Positions 1 to 8,845 of a stretch of DNA of 64,000 bases are shown here, one piece after another. Below the pieces are notes generated by a model. It saw only the letters and a program-made list of their open reading frames with translations. It searched no databases and was not told the origin of the DNA. How positions within the stretch are numbered: the stretch's first letter is position 1; each line of letters opens with the position of its first letter. The stretch covers positions 1 to 64,000 of the IMG/VR virus record IMGVR_UViG_3300031992_000008; one strand, given 5' to 3'. Source of the DNA: a virus (lineage: Duplodnaviria > Heunggongvirae > Uroviricota > Caudoviricetes). Position numbers and translations under genes: made by a program.

Positions 1-116
1 CCCGGAGTCCATTGTCATGGCGGAAGGAATGAATTTAATAAATTCACTATGGAACGAATAGCAGTAGCTGAAAAATTCTTTGATGCAATTATTGCAGGTG
101 CCCTCAATAAATAGAT

Positions 117-140
117 AAAGCCCTTCGTGGCTTTCTTTTT
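117..140 (+). terminator. intrinsic terminator (AAAGCC/GGCTTT stem plus T5)
   Basis: Hairpin plus T-run immediately before early promoter box. Confidence 0.5.
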
Positions 141-170
141 GATTTGTATATTATACAATAGAAACTTTTA
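141..170 (+). promoter_or_regulatory. early-class phage promoter box (GTATATTATACAATAGAAAC)
   Basis: Conserved motif shared with 2512, 3083, 8255, 8801, 12845 and minus-strand copies. Confidence 0.55.
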
Positions 171-179
171 GAGGTAATT

Positions 180-494
180 ATGGATGATGAATTTAAATTC
201 AAACCAGAACTTCTTGGCTTATTCTTCTCGCAGAGATATCTCTTTGAGAAACATATAAAGGGCTATAAGGAAGAAAACTATGGGTGGTACCAAGAAGGTG
301 ACAAGAAAGGTCTAAGAGGACGCATCACCGCTGATGGTGTGGAATTAGAATTCGATACCTTGGCATTTGAAAAGGATCCAAGAAATATGGATCACAACTT
401 TATCATGTTTGGAGGAGTTGCCCACAGCTTTAATGATTACTGTGATCAAGGCGAGATTGAGCAACTATTCTTAGATATGTCTGAATGGATTTAA
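180..494 (+). CDS. hypothetical early protein (104 aa)
   Basis: ORF with GAGGT SD 8 nt upstream; first gene after early promoter box at 141-170. Confidence 0.6.
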   Translation: MDDEFKFKPELLGLFFSQRYLFEKHIKGYKEENYGWYQEGDKKGLRGRITADGVELEFDTLAFEKDPRNMDHNFIMFGGVAHSFNDYCDQGEIEQLFLDMSEWI

Positions 495-521
495 CTTTAA
501 ATCAAAAGAAGGGTATTAACG

Positions 522-662
522 ATGCTTAAATTCGGCGGATTACTATTAGCCCTATCTGGTGCTGTTATGCCGTATGAGAATGCTTTTCAATATGCAGTCG
601 GAGGTGTTATGATTTTTGTAGGAACAATTATTTTCTTAAATACCAAGGATAAACGTATATGA
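522..662 (+). CDS. small hydrophobic protein (46 aa), not in ORF track
   Basis: ATG at 522 with GAAGGG SD; protein MLKFGGLLLALSGAV...VGGVMIFVGTIIFL is TM-like; stop overlaps next start (ATGATGA). Confidence 0.4.
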   Translation: MLKFGGLLLALSGAVMPYENAFQYAVGGVMIFVGTIIFLNTKDKRI

Positions 663-967
663 TGAATAATTTGAAAGTATTTGATGTTGACAAGATGGCA
701 GATGTGAGGTCATTGAGTGGCCGATTTTATCGAAAGTCCGATGTGGATGATGTCATTGCTGCGATGGACACCGAAATTGAGAAGTTAGAAGCGGACTATA
801 AGGAAGCCTGTGACCGCTTGAAGACTGCAAACCTCATTAAGGATGAGCAGAAAGCGAAAGCAGACAAACTACTTTCTTGTTTGAAGAGTCTAGTGATGCG
901 CGACCTTATCAAGGATTGCCCGGATAAGACCTCTGCCATTGAAATCATAAAGGAGTATGACAAATGA
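659..967 (+). CDS. hypothetical protein (102 aa)
   Basis: ORF, AAGGA SD. Confidence 0.6.
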   Translation: MMNNLKVFDVDKMADVRSLSGRFYRKSDVDDVIAAMDTEIEKLEADYKEACDRLKTANLIKDEQKAKADKLLSCLKSLVMRDLIKDCPDKTSAIEIIKEYDK

Positions 968-1164
968 TAACTTGCGTAATTTTAGTGATTTTATGGGTAG
1001 CATATACAGTTGCCATTGGCAAATTCTTCTTTTACATATGCGATCTACCACCTGCACCACTGTTTGATGATAATTCTATAGGTATCTGCGCAGGATTTGT
1101 CCTTGCATTGGCTGGATGGATAGGATTCTCCATTTTTGTGTGGTGGTATCTATTTGGATGCTAA
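964..1164 (+). CDS. small membrane protein (66 aa)
   Basis: ATGA overlap with upstream stop; two hydrophobic helices. Confidence 0.4.
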   Translation: MITCVILVILWVAYTVAIGKFFFYICDLPPAPLFDDNSIGICAGFVLALAGWIGFSIFVWWYLFGC

Positions 1165-1213
1165 GAGGTATTTGAATTATGGTGACAAATATACAACTGA
1201 CTATGGAGATTAG

Positions 1214-1591
1214 ATGATAGATAAATCTAAATTTTATACTATTAGCGACATAGAGAGCGAATTTTCTGCAACAGTAATTACTGCCATTAGACAACGAGAC
1301 GAATATATTAAAGAATTGGAACGAATCAAATTCAAGTATGAATTTGGAAAGCACTTTGACCAGATTCATTCTTTCCTCTTTGAACTGGATTTCTGGGAAA
1401 TTACTGAACTAATTGGCGAAGAATTTGACAGGAGATTCTCGTTTAAGAGCAAGAATGGCTGTTTTATTCTAAATTGTAAATTGGACGGTAATACTGAAAA
1501 TTACAGAATCAAGAGAATTAGTGAAACTGAATATTTTGTAGAATGCGGGCTTGACAAGATTTTCAGTGAACTGGAAAAATTGGAGAAGTAA
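1214..1591 (+). CDS. hypothetical protein (125 aa)
   Basis: ORF with GGAG SD. Confidence 0.6.
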   Translation: MIDKSKFYTISDIESEFSATVITAIRQRDEYIKELERIKFKYEFGKHFDQIHSFLFELDFWEITELIGEEFDRRFSFKSKNGCFILNCKLDGNTENYRIKRISETEYFVECGLDKIFSELEKLEK

Positions 1592-1592
1592 A

Positions 1593-2069
1593 ATGAGCGA
1601 TAAAGAACAACAGCTTCTTGATTTGTTTGAAAAACACAAGAAAGACTTAGACGGTGGTAGACTGGAAGCTCTTTTTGAATTTACTGAAGAGCTTGAAAAA
1701 GAATTAAAGCAAAGCCCTAAGTATGGAAAAATTACTACTGCAATTATGCACTCTTATATCATGAGTGCTTATCAGGTAGGACGTAAGCGAGCAGAGGACT
1801 ACTATAAAGCACTAAGGAAAGATGAAGAAGAACACAGATTCCATTTGACTTGTGAAGAAACACCTCCAGATGGCGAATTGGTTTACTGTGTTGGTAAAGA
1901 TCACTGTACACAGAAGGAATTGTCCGGTATCTATTTCTATCATAGCGGATATTGGTGGACTGACGAACAACGCAAATCTGACGAATGTTGGTTTGATGGA
2001 TCTGGCATAAACGATTATGTATTCTATAAATGGATGAAACTTCCAAAGGATGAATCAAATGAAGATTAG
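1593..2069 (+). CDS. hypothetical protein (158 aa from second ATG)
   Basis: GGAGAAG SD precedes ATG at 1593 directly after upstream stop; track start 1551 lacks SD. Confidence 0.55.
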   Translation: MSDKEQQLLDLFEKHKKDLDGGRLEALFEFTEELEKELKQSPKYGKITTAIMHSYIMSAYQVGRKRAEDYYKALRKDEEEHRFHLTCEETPPDGELVYCVGKDHCTQKELSGIYFYHSGYWWTDEQRKSDECWFDGSGINDYVFYKWMKLPKDESNED

Positions 2070-2265
2070 TAAAATAATTGAAGAACTCACCGAGCTAAAA
2101 GAAATCATTGGCGACAGGGAAGTAGAAGGATGCATGGCAAATAGCGCTGTGACATCTGTCAATATCTTGTACCTGAATGATGAAGGTGGCTATACCAGTA
2201 CATGTCTGGAAGGTGAGAAGCTGAAGGCAAAGACATTGGGCAATATGGCTAAAGAGCAAAATTAG
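2059..2265 (+). CDS. hypothetical small protein (68 aa)
   Basis: AAAGGA SD 9 nt before ATG 2059; overlaps upstream stop. Confidence 0.4.
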   Translation: MKISKIIEELTELKEIIGDREVEGCMANSAVTSVNILYLNDEGGYTSTCLEGEKLKAKTLGNMAKEQN

Positions 2266-2283
2266 CCTAATTTGACTATACAC

Positions 2284-2480
2284 AGAACTAATAAATGGCG
2301 ATGTTACTGGATGCTTGCCAGTAAGCTCAACTAAGATAGAATGGTTCGCTCCTCCACGGAAAGAAGGTCGTTACGTGAGAGGAATCAGCGGGGCCGCAAG
2401 GGATCCACATGGCCTTCTTAGTGGAAACCCAGAATCTCAAGATATGCGCCTTGAGACTATTTTATCTTTGTTTTAATTTT
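2284..2480 (+). ncRNA. GC-rich structured non-coding region (candidate ncRNA or structured 3' UTR)
   Basis: About 200 nt with no ORF in any frame; GC well above flanks; several stable stems (ttactgg/ccagtaa, aagaagg/ccttctt, ctcaag/cttgag). Confidence 0.3.
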
Positions 2481-2511
2481 AGGTCTACCCGAAGGTAGGC
2501 CTTTTATTTTT
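2481..2511 (+). terminator. intrinsic terminator (8-bp stem, CGAA tetraloop, T-run)
   Basis: aggtctaccCGAAggtaggcct then TTTTATTTTT. Confidence 0.65.
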
Positions 2512-2547
2512 GATTTGTATATTATAGAATAGACAATCTTAACCATG
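2512..2547 (+). promoter_or_regulatory. early-class promoter box (GTATATTATAGAATAGACAATCTTAACC)
   Basis: Motif conservation; SD and ATG follow. Confidence 0.6.
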
Positions 2548-2552
2548 GAGTA

Positions 2553-3047
2553 ATGATGGACTACAAAAAGACTGAGGAATGCTATAAAGATATAAATGAG
2601 AGAATTAGTAGCCTGACAAGACTGATAGAAGCTAAAAATGACGAGCTAGCAGAATTAAAACAAGTTCTGAAGATGGAACTAAACAAAGAAAAACTGAAAG
2701 AATACCAAGACTGGAAGTTTGACAATAGATGGTTTGCCGAACTCGATCTTATTAACAAAGACCAAGAGACAGGTAAGATTTACTTCTATCATATAGAAAA
2801 AGCTTCAAAACCTGTGGTAGACGAGCGTGGAAATCCATTTGTTGATGCTAAAATTGATATAGAAATTGTCATAGAAACATATCCGAATAGAGACAAGACT
2901 ATCCGAGAAATGTTCAATGACAGTAAGCGGTTAAAATTGCGGCGTATAAAAGAAATTCCGGGAATGGTTGTGAGGGCCAAGGTAGAAGCTGCTCTTAATA
3001 CTCTAGCAACACGACTTAATATGTTCTTAGGCCCAGATGAGGGATAA
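2553..3047 (+). CDS. hypothetical early protein with coiled-coil N-terminus (164 aa)
   Basis: Single-gene operon between terminator 2481-2511 / promoter box and terminator 3057-3086. Confidence 0.65.
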   Translation: MMDYKKTEECYKDINERISSLTRLIEAKNDELAELKQVLKMELNKEKLKEYQDWKFDNRWFAELDLINKDQETGKIYFYHIEKASKPVVDERGNPFVDAKIDIEIVIETYPNRDKTIREMFNDSKRLKLRRIKEIPGMVVRAKVEAALNTLATRLNMFLGPDEG

Positions 3048-3056
3048 CCAAACTAT

Positions 3057-3086
3057 AAGGCATTTCTATAATGCCTTTCTTTTTTG
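3057..3086 (+). terminator. intrinsic terminator
   Basis: aaggcat ttctata atgcctt then TCTTTTTT. Confidence 0.65.
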
Positions 3087-3120
3087 GTTAGTATATTATA
3101 GTATGTACATTAAACCTTAA
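3083..3120 (+). promoter_or_regulatory. early-class promoter box (GTATATTATAGTATGTACATTAAACC)
   Basis: Motif conservation. Confidence 0.55.
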
Positions 3121-3128
3121 GGAGACCT

Positions 3129-3671
3129 ATGTACACTATTAGTAGATTTATCGACGACATAGAAAAAGCTCTCTATCCCTATCATCTCGGAGAGTTCAAA
3201 GTACATGAAGAAAAGAACAGCTGCGGATACCTAGAAGGATCTACAGATCTTAAGAAAGTTTCGTATATATGGTATGGCAAAGAGATTGCCAATATTATCC
3301 TTGACACTGACTTAGGTACGACTATCGTACATGCTAGAAAAAGTCTCGTTAAAGACGATTTGCATATTATTCATCCTTTCTTCTTGAAGAGATATGTAAG
3401 AAAGTGCATGAAGTATGAACTCAAGTGGATCAAAGGTAGAAACAAGATCTGGGATATCTTTGATGACATCCACAGACCAAGACTAGACATGAATATTCCC
3501 TATAAAGAGAATAAGGAGATTGTGCTATCTCGAATTGCAGAGAAGTGCTTTGAAGAATATGCACAAAATGGTGAGCAACTAGGAATCTTCCTGAAAAAGA
3601 TTGCGAAATATGTTGCCCCGAATTGGACAGTAGACATCAATGTTACAACTAACCCTAAAGAGGATCAATAG
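3129..3671 (+). CDS. hypothetical protein (180 aa)
   Basis: AAGGAG SD; first gene of operon after promoter box at 3091. Confidence 0.65.
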   Translation: MYTISRFIDDIEKALYPYHLGEFKVHEEKNSCGYLEGSTDLKKVSYIWYGKEIANIILDTDLGTTIVHARKSLVKDDLHIIHPFFLKRYVRKCMKYELKWIKGRNKIWDIFDDIHRPRLDMNIPYKENKEIVLSRIAEKCFEEYAQNGEQLGIFLKKIAKYVAPNWTVDINVTTNPKEDQ

Positions 3672-4394
3672 ATGCTTAAAGCAATTAAGAAATTTTTGAC
3701 TAAATTGTTCGGTGTTGATAATCACATTGACACCACCTTGGCAAATAGCCTAAAGCCTACACGTACTCCGTTAGAAAATCGTCTTTCTATCGAGGCTGAA
3801 GAGCTTGGAATTCTCATAGATTACCTTGTAAAAGTTCGTGAATCGCTCAATTACGAGAGTGTTATCAATGCAGCTGATATCAAGATAACTTCTCAAGAAG
3901 TCCTTAGAGCTGCAGAACATGCCAAAACATTAGCGTATCTTGTTAAGGCTACCAAAGACAAAGGCTTTGACGAGATCAAAGAACGTTTTATCAGGGCAAT
4001 AGAGAATGCCGGAAAGAACGGTTACTACAGTGCAGTAGTATTCTTTAATTGTTGTATCGGCGTCATAGACAAGGAATTTTATCTGCATAATAGTATTTTT
4101 AATGTAAATGATTACTATACGAATCTCATTCAAGCCGTTAATATATACGTTACCATTAAAGACCTACAGAAAAAAGGTTTCAAATTTAGAAGAACTGGAT
4201 ATGACTTTATTATCTCTACTGATGAAACAGTAGTAGATGAGCTTAAGATAGAGCCTAAGCTTCTTCATGTCTATAAGTCTTCAGAAGACATTGAGCCTTT
4301 ACTGAAGGATTATGAAGTAAACGCAAAGAAGCTCTACGATGAATTCCCTGAGCTCTTTGGCCCCGAGCTTAAACAAATATTCAATTTTAACTAA
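3672..4394 (+). CDS. hypothetical protein (240 aa)
   Basis: ATG immediately after upstream TAG. Confidence 0.65.
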   Translation: MLKAIKKFLTKLFGVDNHIDTTLANSLKPTRTPLENRLSIEAEELGILIDYLVKVRESLNYESVINAADIKITSQEVLRAAEHAKTLAYLVKATKDKGFDEIKERFIRAIENAGKNGYYSAVVFFNCCIGVIDKEFYLHNSIFNVNDYYTNLIQAVNIYVTIKDLQKKGFKFRRTGYDFIISTDETVVDELKIEPKLLHVYKSSEDIEPLLKDYEVNAKKLYDEFPELFGPELKQIFNFN

Positions 4395-4403
4395 GGATTT
4401 TCT

Positions 4404-4841
4404 ATGACAAAAACAAAAATAAAAGAATTAGCCGATGAGACTGCATACTTGATTCTAGATACTCTTATTGCATATCCACTTAGCAGTGAAAGTCAAAGAT
4501 GCGATGGAGAAGGATACCCATATTACGGCAGAGGAACTCCAATAGTGCTATCTGATGCTGATGAATTGGAAAAATTTAAGAGCGAATGTTTTTCCGTTAT
4601 TGGGGAGAACGTATTTAATTCTCTTACTGTCGCTAAGCCTGGTAGCCAAAGTATTTATAATGGTTGCATTGAAGATTATTGTAGTAAACAACTCAACAAA
4701 GCATTATACAATATTTTAAAGGATAGACCTAAGGATATTTACCAATTACTTAGAAATAATCTAGATGCAGCTGATTATTCTGGATTTGACTTTATGGAAA
4801 TTTTAGATGATCTTAAGAAGACATTCAGTATAGAACCTTAG
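4404..4841 (+). CDS. hypothetical protein (145 aa)
   Basis: ORF with AAGGA SD. Confidence 0.6.
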   Translation: MTKTKIKELADETAYLILDTLIAYPLSSESQRCDGEGYPYYGRGTPIVLSDADELEKFKSECFSVIGENVFNSLTVAKPGSQSIYNGCIEDYCSKQLNKALYNILKDRPKDIYQLLRNNLDAADYSGFDFMEILDDLKKTFSIEP

Positions 4842-4868
4842 GCTAAAATTCGATTTTGAATAGGAGAA

Positions 4869-5369
4869 ATGATGCCGAATTTCTTTAAATTAGTGCTCGA
4901 CGTATACTCAGAATGTTTGAGGCATGTTTGGGCATGGACAAAAATACTACTGATCGGGCTTGCAGTTCTGCTGCCCGGTCTTATTTGCCTAATATACATG
5001 TTCGCTACTAATACTCCAGATATAGGGATCATCCCAAGTATTATAGTGATCTGGCTGATAGTTCTATGGGCTCCGATCCCATTAAGGCCCTTCTTTTACA
5101 AAGACAAGGCGTTATTAGAAATGTACACTCAATACTTGATTCATGTAGCTGCAGCCATTTGTTTGGTTATCGCAGTCATCATCTATTTAGGGTGGATGTT
5201 TCTTCCAATACTCATAGAAGTAGCCATATGCACTATAGGAGATCGAAATCCTATGCCTCTTGAGGGGCTATTGATCTTGATAGGGAACCTTATATGGGGG
5301 CCAGTAGCTTACTGTATGTTTAACATGCTTTTAGAGAAGATATACAAGAATGACAAAAAGGAGTCATAA
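4869..5369 (+). CDS. polytopic membrane protein (166 aa, about 4 TM helices)
   Basis: Hydrophobic segments; AGGAG SD; conserved 5' UTR hairpin motif upstream. Confidence 0.6.
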   Translation: MMPNFFKLVLDVYSECLRHVWAWTKILLIGLAVLLPGLICLIYMFATNTPDIGIIPSIIVIWLIVLWAPIPLRPFFYKDKALLEMYTQYLIHVAAAICLVIAVIIYLGWMFLPILIEVAICTIGDRNPMPLEGLLILIGNLIWGPVAYCMFNMLLEKIYKNDKKES

Positions 5370-5815
5370 TGAAAGACCTCTATATGTTCGGTGTGAACAT
5401 TGCAAAAGCCGACAGCCATAATAAAGTCTATTGCGAAGTACTCAAAGCTATAAAAGCAGGTATACAATCTGGAAAGAAGAGCCTTAGGATCGTCTGTACA
5501 GCTATATCTGATTCTAGAATAGCTACTGGGCCTTGGCCTATTCCTATTAAGATTGGAGACCACCCTGATGACCAAAGCGTCGGAGTGGTTTTCAATACAG
5601 GTTTCTATGATCTTTCTACTGTAACCGTTGAAGAACGAATGTCGTTCATGAAGGGCGCAATGGAAAAATTTGGGAAATTAGCCTTATACTATCTATACAA
5701 CATAGTCTTTCAAGTTATGTGTGAAGCCAATCATTATTATATCATCGCAGACCTAAACTACAAGTTCAGACTAAAATTCGATTTCGAAAGGAGAAACAAA
5801 AATGAACCCATCTGA
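5369..5815 (+). CDS. hypothetical protein (148 aa)
   Basis: AAGGAG SD; TAATG overlap with upstream gene. Confidence 0.55.
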   Translation: MKDLYMFGVNIAKADSHNKVYCEVLKAIKAGIQSGKKSLRIVCTAISDSRIATGPWPIPIKIGDHPDDQSVGVVFNTGFYDLSTVTVEERMSFMKGAMEKFGKLALYYLYNIVFQVMCEANHYYIIADLNYKFRLKFDFERRNKNEPI

Positions 5816-6242
5816 AGAAATCTATGAAGGCATGATTGCATGTGATGAGAATGGCGAGTATGTCAAGCTTCAGAAGCTCGAAAATGAAACAAAGCTCGGA
5901 GATATGCCCAGAGGATTCGGAGATGTACTTATTGAGACATGGAAAACCGACGGGCAATGGAACAAGGATTTAGTTCCAAGCGAGTTCTTTTACTTTATCG
6001 AGCACAAAGATTATGACAATGAAGACTGCGAGACTATGTATTATGAAAGTGTGTCATCATTGATCGATGATTTTGAAAATTGGATGCTCGACGAAGATGA
6101 AGACAAATATGGCTATAAATATTTCTTGGACATGGAATCTCACGACTGTCCAAAAGAGTTTACCGTAGCCAAATTTGATCAGCTCATGAACTGGGCTTTC
6201 TCACTTAAACACAAGGTTGCTCTTGTAGCTGCCGAACACTAA
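5802..6242 (+). CDS. hypothetical acidic protein (146 aa)
   Basis: AGGAGAAA SD; overlaps 3' end of upstream gene. Confidence 0.6.
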   Translation: MNPSEEIYEGMIACDENGEYVKLQKLENETKLGDMPRGFGDVLIETWKTDGQWNKDLVPSEFFYFIEHKDYDNEDCETMYYESVSSLIDDFENWMLDEDEDKYGYKYFLDMESHDCPKEFTVAKFDQLMNWAFSLKHKVALVAAEH

Positions 6243-6257
6243 CAAGGGAAATTCACA

Positions 6258-6851
6258 ATGGACAATAAAATCAAAGAACAGATTGACGCAATCTTTGCCA
6301 AGCATCCCGGCAATATGATTTGTCTTGAGATGTATGGTGATCAAGACTATGATGGAATCGCCACCCAACGTGAATGGGATGAATGGATGGAAAGATTCGA
6401 CAATGAAATAGAGCTTGAACAAGCTCCTAAAGGTTTTCCGATTAAGAAAGCTGCGTTTGCCAATCTTGGATTCGACTATGATAGTTTTCCGGCTGATGAT
6501 ATTCCAATCATCAACGATCTTTCTGGTCTTATCTGCAGTGTTCTGCCTTGGGAAATGGAAGATTTCAATGGCGAGGTAAACCATTACTGGTATGGTCTGG
6601 TAGTTGTCACGAGAGACTACAAAGTCCTTCGTGTTACTTCCGATGGTACTAGTCTTCTCTACAGATCTGAAATTGGTGATCTTTCCAAAATGGGATCCCA
6701 AGAAGAAGAAATCGAGAAGCTTGCTCTGGCTTCAATCAAAGAATCTGTCGGAAACATTCTTAGCAAGTTTAAGAGCGTAGTATCTGACAAAGGAAAGTCT
6801 CAGGTCTTTGGTATGGTTGAAGACTTGGATCGAGCAATCACGAAAGGCTAA
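6258..6851 (+). CDS. hypothetical protein (197 aa)
   Basis: ORF. Confidence 0.6.
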   Translation: MDNKIKEQIDAIFAKHPGNMICLEMYGDQDYDGIATQREWDEWMERFDNEIELEQAPKGFPIKKAAFANLGFDYDSFPADDIPIINDLSGLICSVLPWEMEDFNGEVNHYWYGLVVVTRDYKVLRVTSDGTSLLYRSEIGDLSKMGSQEEEIEKLALASIKESVGNILSKFKSVVSDKGKSQVFGMVEDLDRAITKG

Positions 6852-6852
6852 A

Positions 6853-7128
6853 ATGAGTGGACTGAGATCGTATTTCTACTACGAAGATACTGTTATAACT
6901 CCGGCTACTCGTCGATATCGAGTATATCATGCAGACGAAGCCGATAAGTATATTGTGGAACAGAAAGAGCAGCTACAAACAGAGCTTGATAAAAGTAACC
7001 GTCGTGTAGCTGCATTGGCAGAACTGCACTCTGCGTTGAAGCGTCTCGTTGTTAGCGGCTTTTTCAGCGGAATAACCAAACAGACAATAGAAGGCTTGCT
7101 AAAAGATACAGACATCGATAATATATAA
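6853..7128 (+). CDS. hypothetical protein (91 aa)
   Basis: ATG at 6853 directly follows upstream TAA with AAAGG SD; track start 6808 is inside upstream gene. Confidence 0.5.
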   Translation: MSGLRSYFYYEDTVITPATRRYRVYHADEADKYIVEQKEQLQTELDKSNRRVAALAELHSALKRLVVSGFFSGITKQTIEGLLKDTDIDNI

Positions 7129-7154
7129 GACTATGACTATTTAGGAGACAATCG

Positions 7155-8186
7155 ATGCATACATACCGCATTACAACATCAGATTCTCTGCTAGAAATAG
7201 GAGAATATCGAGACATCGGTCACGATGAACTTGTAGACTACGATAGAGTAAGATGCCTCAATGAAAGTGTAGCTAAAAACTGCGCTAATGCCATTTCAGA
7301 CTTTTGTAAAAAACATAAGGGAATTCAATTCAAACCTGCAGATATCACAAAAGTTATTAGGGAAAATAGTGGCATACAATGCACAAGCCTAATGCGTTTT
7401 CTCGGAACACTCGAACAGTCGTCCGAGCAAAAAGAACTTTTGGGCAAGTTCACCAAAAAATGTCCTAAGAACGTTACCTCTGAAAAAGGAGATACAATGT
7501 CAGAAGCATACAAGATCCAAAAAGTCGATGAAAGCGACATCAAGATCGAGCATCTTGAAGATAACGAAGTCATTGGCGAATGGACTCTTACTATCCCTAC
7601 GGCATCTGTGCGCAACAAGTGCTTCGATTTGCTGATGGATATCTATGTGAATCACGAAAATTCGCTTGATATCGTCTGTCTCGAAGCGCTCGAAACTGCG
7701 GTCAACAATGCAGATGTTCGAAAGGAATATGACGTAATGGTAAAAGAACTCATTGACCAAGGAGTTCTCCCCGCATGCTTTGATATCAAGAAGAAAATCA
7801 AGGCTCGTAACAAACTCACAACAACAACCTTAAAGGAAGAATCCACCATGGATATCAAAGAAATAATTAAACTAAAGATGATGACCAAGATCCTCAACAA
7901 GAAGGGTGAAATTGATGTCAAGCAACTGATGATGATTCAGATGCTCTCCAACGACGAAGGCTTTGAAATTACCGATGTCATCAAGACAAAGCTCATGGCA
8001 AGCCTCTTCGACGGTAAGGCCGATCTTGACAACATGACCACTGAACAGCTCATGGTCTATGGTATGCTTCAGAACGGTGAATTCGATATCCAGAAGCTCA
8101 TCGAAATCAAGTTCATGAGCAAGATTCTCGACGAAGACGACGAAGAAGTTGAAGACGACAAGGACAAGGCAGCTGAACGTAAGTAA
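7155..8186 (+). CDS. hypothetical protein (343 aa) with about 4 internal C-terminal repeats
   Basis: AGGAG SD; repeated K(L/F)M..(I/L)...D....L.. units in residues 238-330; last gene before terminator 8212-8242. Confidence 0.65.
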   Translation: MHTYRITTSDSLLEIGEYRDIGHDELVDYDRVRCLNESVAKNCANAISDFCKKHKGIQFKPADITKVIRENSGIQCTSLMRFLGTLEQSSEQKELLGKFTKKCPKNVTSEKGDTMSEAYKIQKVDESDIKIEHLEDNEVIGEWTLTIPTASVRNKCFDLLMDIYVNHENSLDIVCLEALETAVNNADVRKEYDVMVKELIDQGVLPACFDIKKKIKARNKLTTTTLKEESTMDIKEIIKLKMMTKILNKKGEIDVKQLMMIQMLSNDEGFEITDVIKTKLMASLFDGKADLDNMTTEQLMVYGMLQNGEFDIQKLIEIKFMSKILDEDDEEVEDDKDKAAERK

Positions 8187-8211
8187 GCTGTAGTGATCCG
8201 TGTACATTGAG

Positions 8212-8242
8212 AGTGGCGCTAGCAGTGCCACTTTCTTTTTTG
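8212..8242 (+). terminator. intrinsic terminator
   Basis: agtggcgctagcagtgccact then TTCTTTTTT. Confidence 0.6.
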
Positions 8243-8254
8243 TAAATTTCTGTG

Positions 8255-8288
8255 TTCCGGCGGTATATTAAATAGAGAATCTTAACCA
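8255..8288 (+). promoter_or_regulatory. early-class promoter box (GGTATATTAAATAGAGAATCTTAACC)
   Basis: Motif conservation. Confidence 0.6.
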
Positions 8289-8305
8289 TCAACAAGGAGT
8301 AAGCC

Positions 8306-8407
8306 ATGAAAAAGATTCTTACCGCAATCGCTGTACAGTGGGCGATTCTTATAACTTTGGACACTGTAGAAAGAGCATACCACATCTGGAGGAAGAAAAA
8401 TGTCTAA
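8306..8407 (+). CDS. small protein (33 aa), not in ORF track
   Basis: AAGGAG SD 7 nt before ATG 8306, directly downstream of promoter box; MKKILTAIAVQWAILITLDTVERAYHIWRKKNV. Confidence 0.3.
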   Translation: MKKILTAIAVQWAILITLDTVERAYHIWRKKNV

Positions 8408-8771
8408 TACCAGCAGCTCTACTCGCCAGCTTATCGACGAAAATGCAAATATCGTTAATGATCTCAGGGTAAAGACTGAGAACAAGCGTTTCGTCAGGTT
8501 TGTCAAGGGTAAGTCCTATTCTATTAGGGTCGTCGAAAAAGTTTTCGTGAAAGATACTACGACAGTTCTGTTCCTGATCAGAGAGACTACTGTAACGAAA
8601 CATGGAGCTGCCTTCGGGCAGATTTATCGTAAGTGTCTTTTCGAAGATCTGAAGAATGATCTAAAACAGACTCTGTATAAAGTCATCGGAAGAATCTGTA
8701 ATAACGAAACATCATTCCAGAAGTATCTACGCCAAGCCAAGAAGAAATTTGAAGAGGCTGAGGTGGCCTAG
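8400..8771 (+). CDS. hypothetical protein (123 aa)
   Basis: GGAGGAAG SD. Confidence 0.55.
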   Translation: MSNTSSSTRQLIDENANIVNDLRVKTENKRFVRFVKGKSYSIRVVEKVFVKDTTTVLFLIRETTVTKHGAAFGQIYRKCLFEDLKNDLKQTLYKVIGRICNNETSFQKYLRQAKKKFEEAEVA

Positions 8772-8774
8772 AGA

Positions 8775-8802
8775 CAAGCGGTTAATAGCCGCTTTCTTTT
8801 TT
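8775..8802 (+). terminator. intrinsic terminator
   Basis: aagcgg ttaata gccgctt then TCTTTTTT. Confidence 0.6.
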
Positions 8803-8830
8803 GTATATAATTTAATAGACTAACTTAACC
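8801..8830 (+). promoter_or_regulatory. early-class promoter box (GTATATAATTTAATAGACTAACTTAACC)
   Basis: Motif conservation. Confidence 0.6.
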
Positions 8831-8845
8831 AAACTCAGGAGACTT

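Noticed and set aside
2284-2480. Possible tRNA in the GC-rich non-coding segment (GGTTCGCTCC resembles a T-arm)
   Set aside because: Could not build an acceptor stem, D-arm or anticodon arm around it. No other tRNA-like T-loop (GTTCRANYC) was found in the window.
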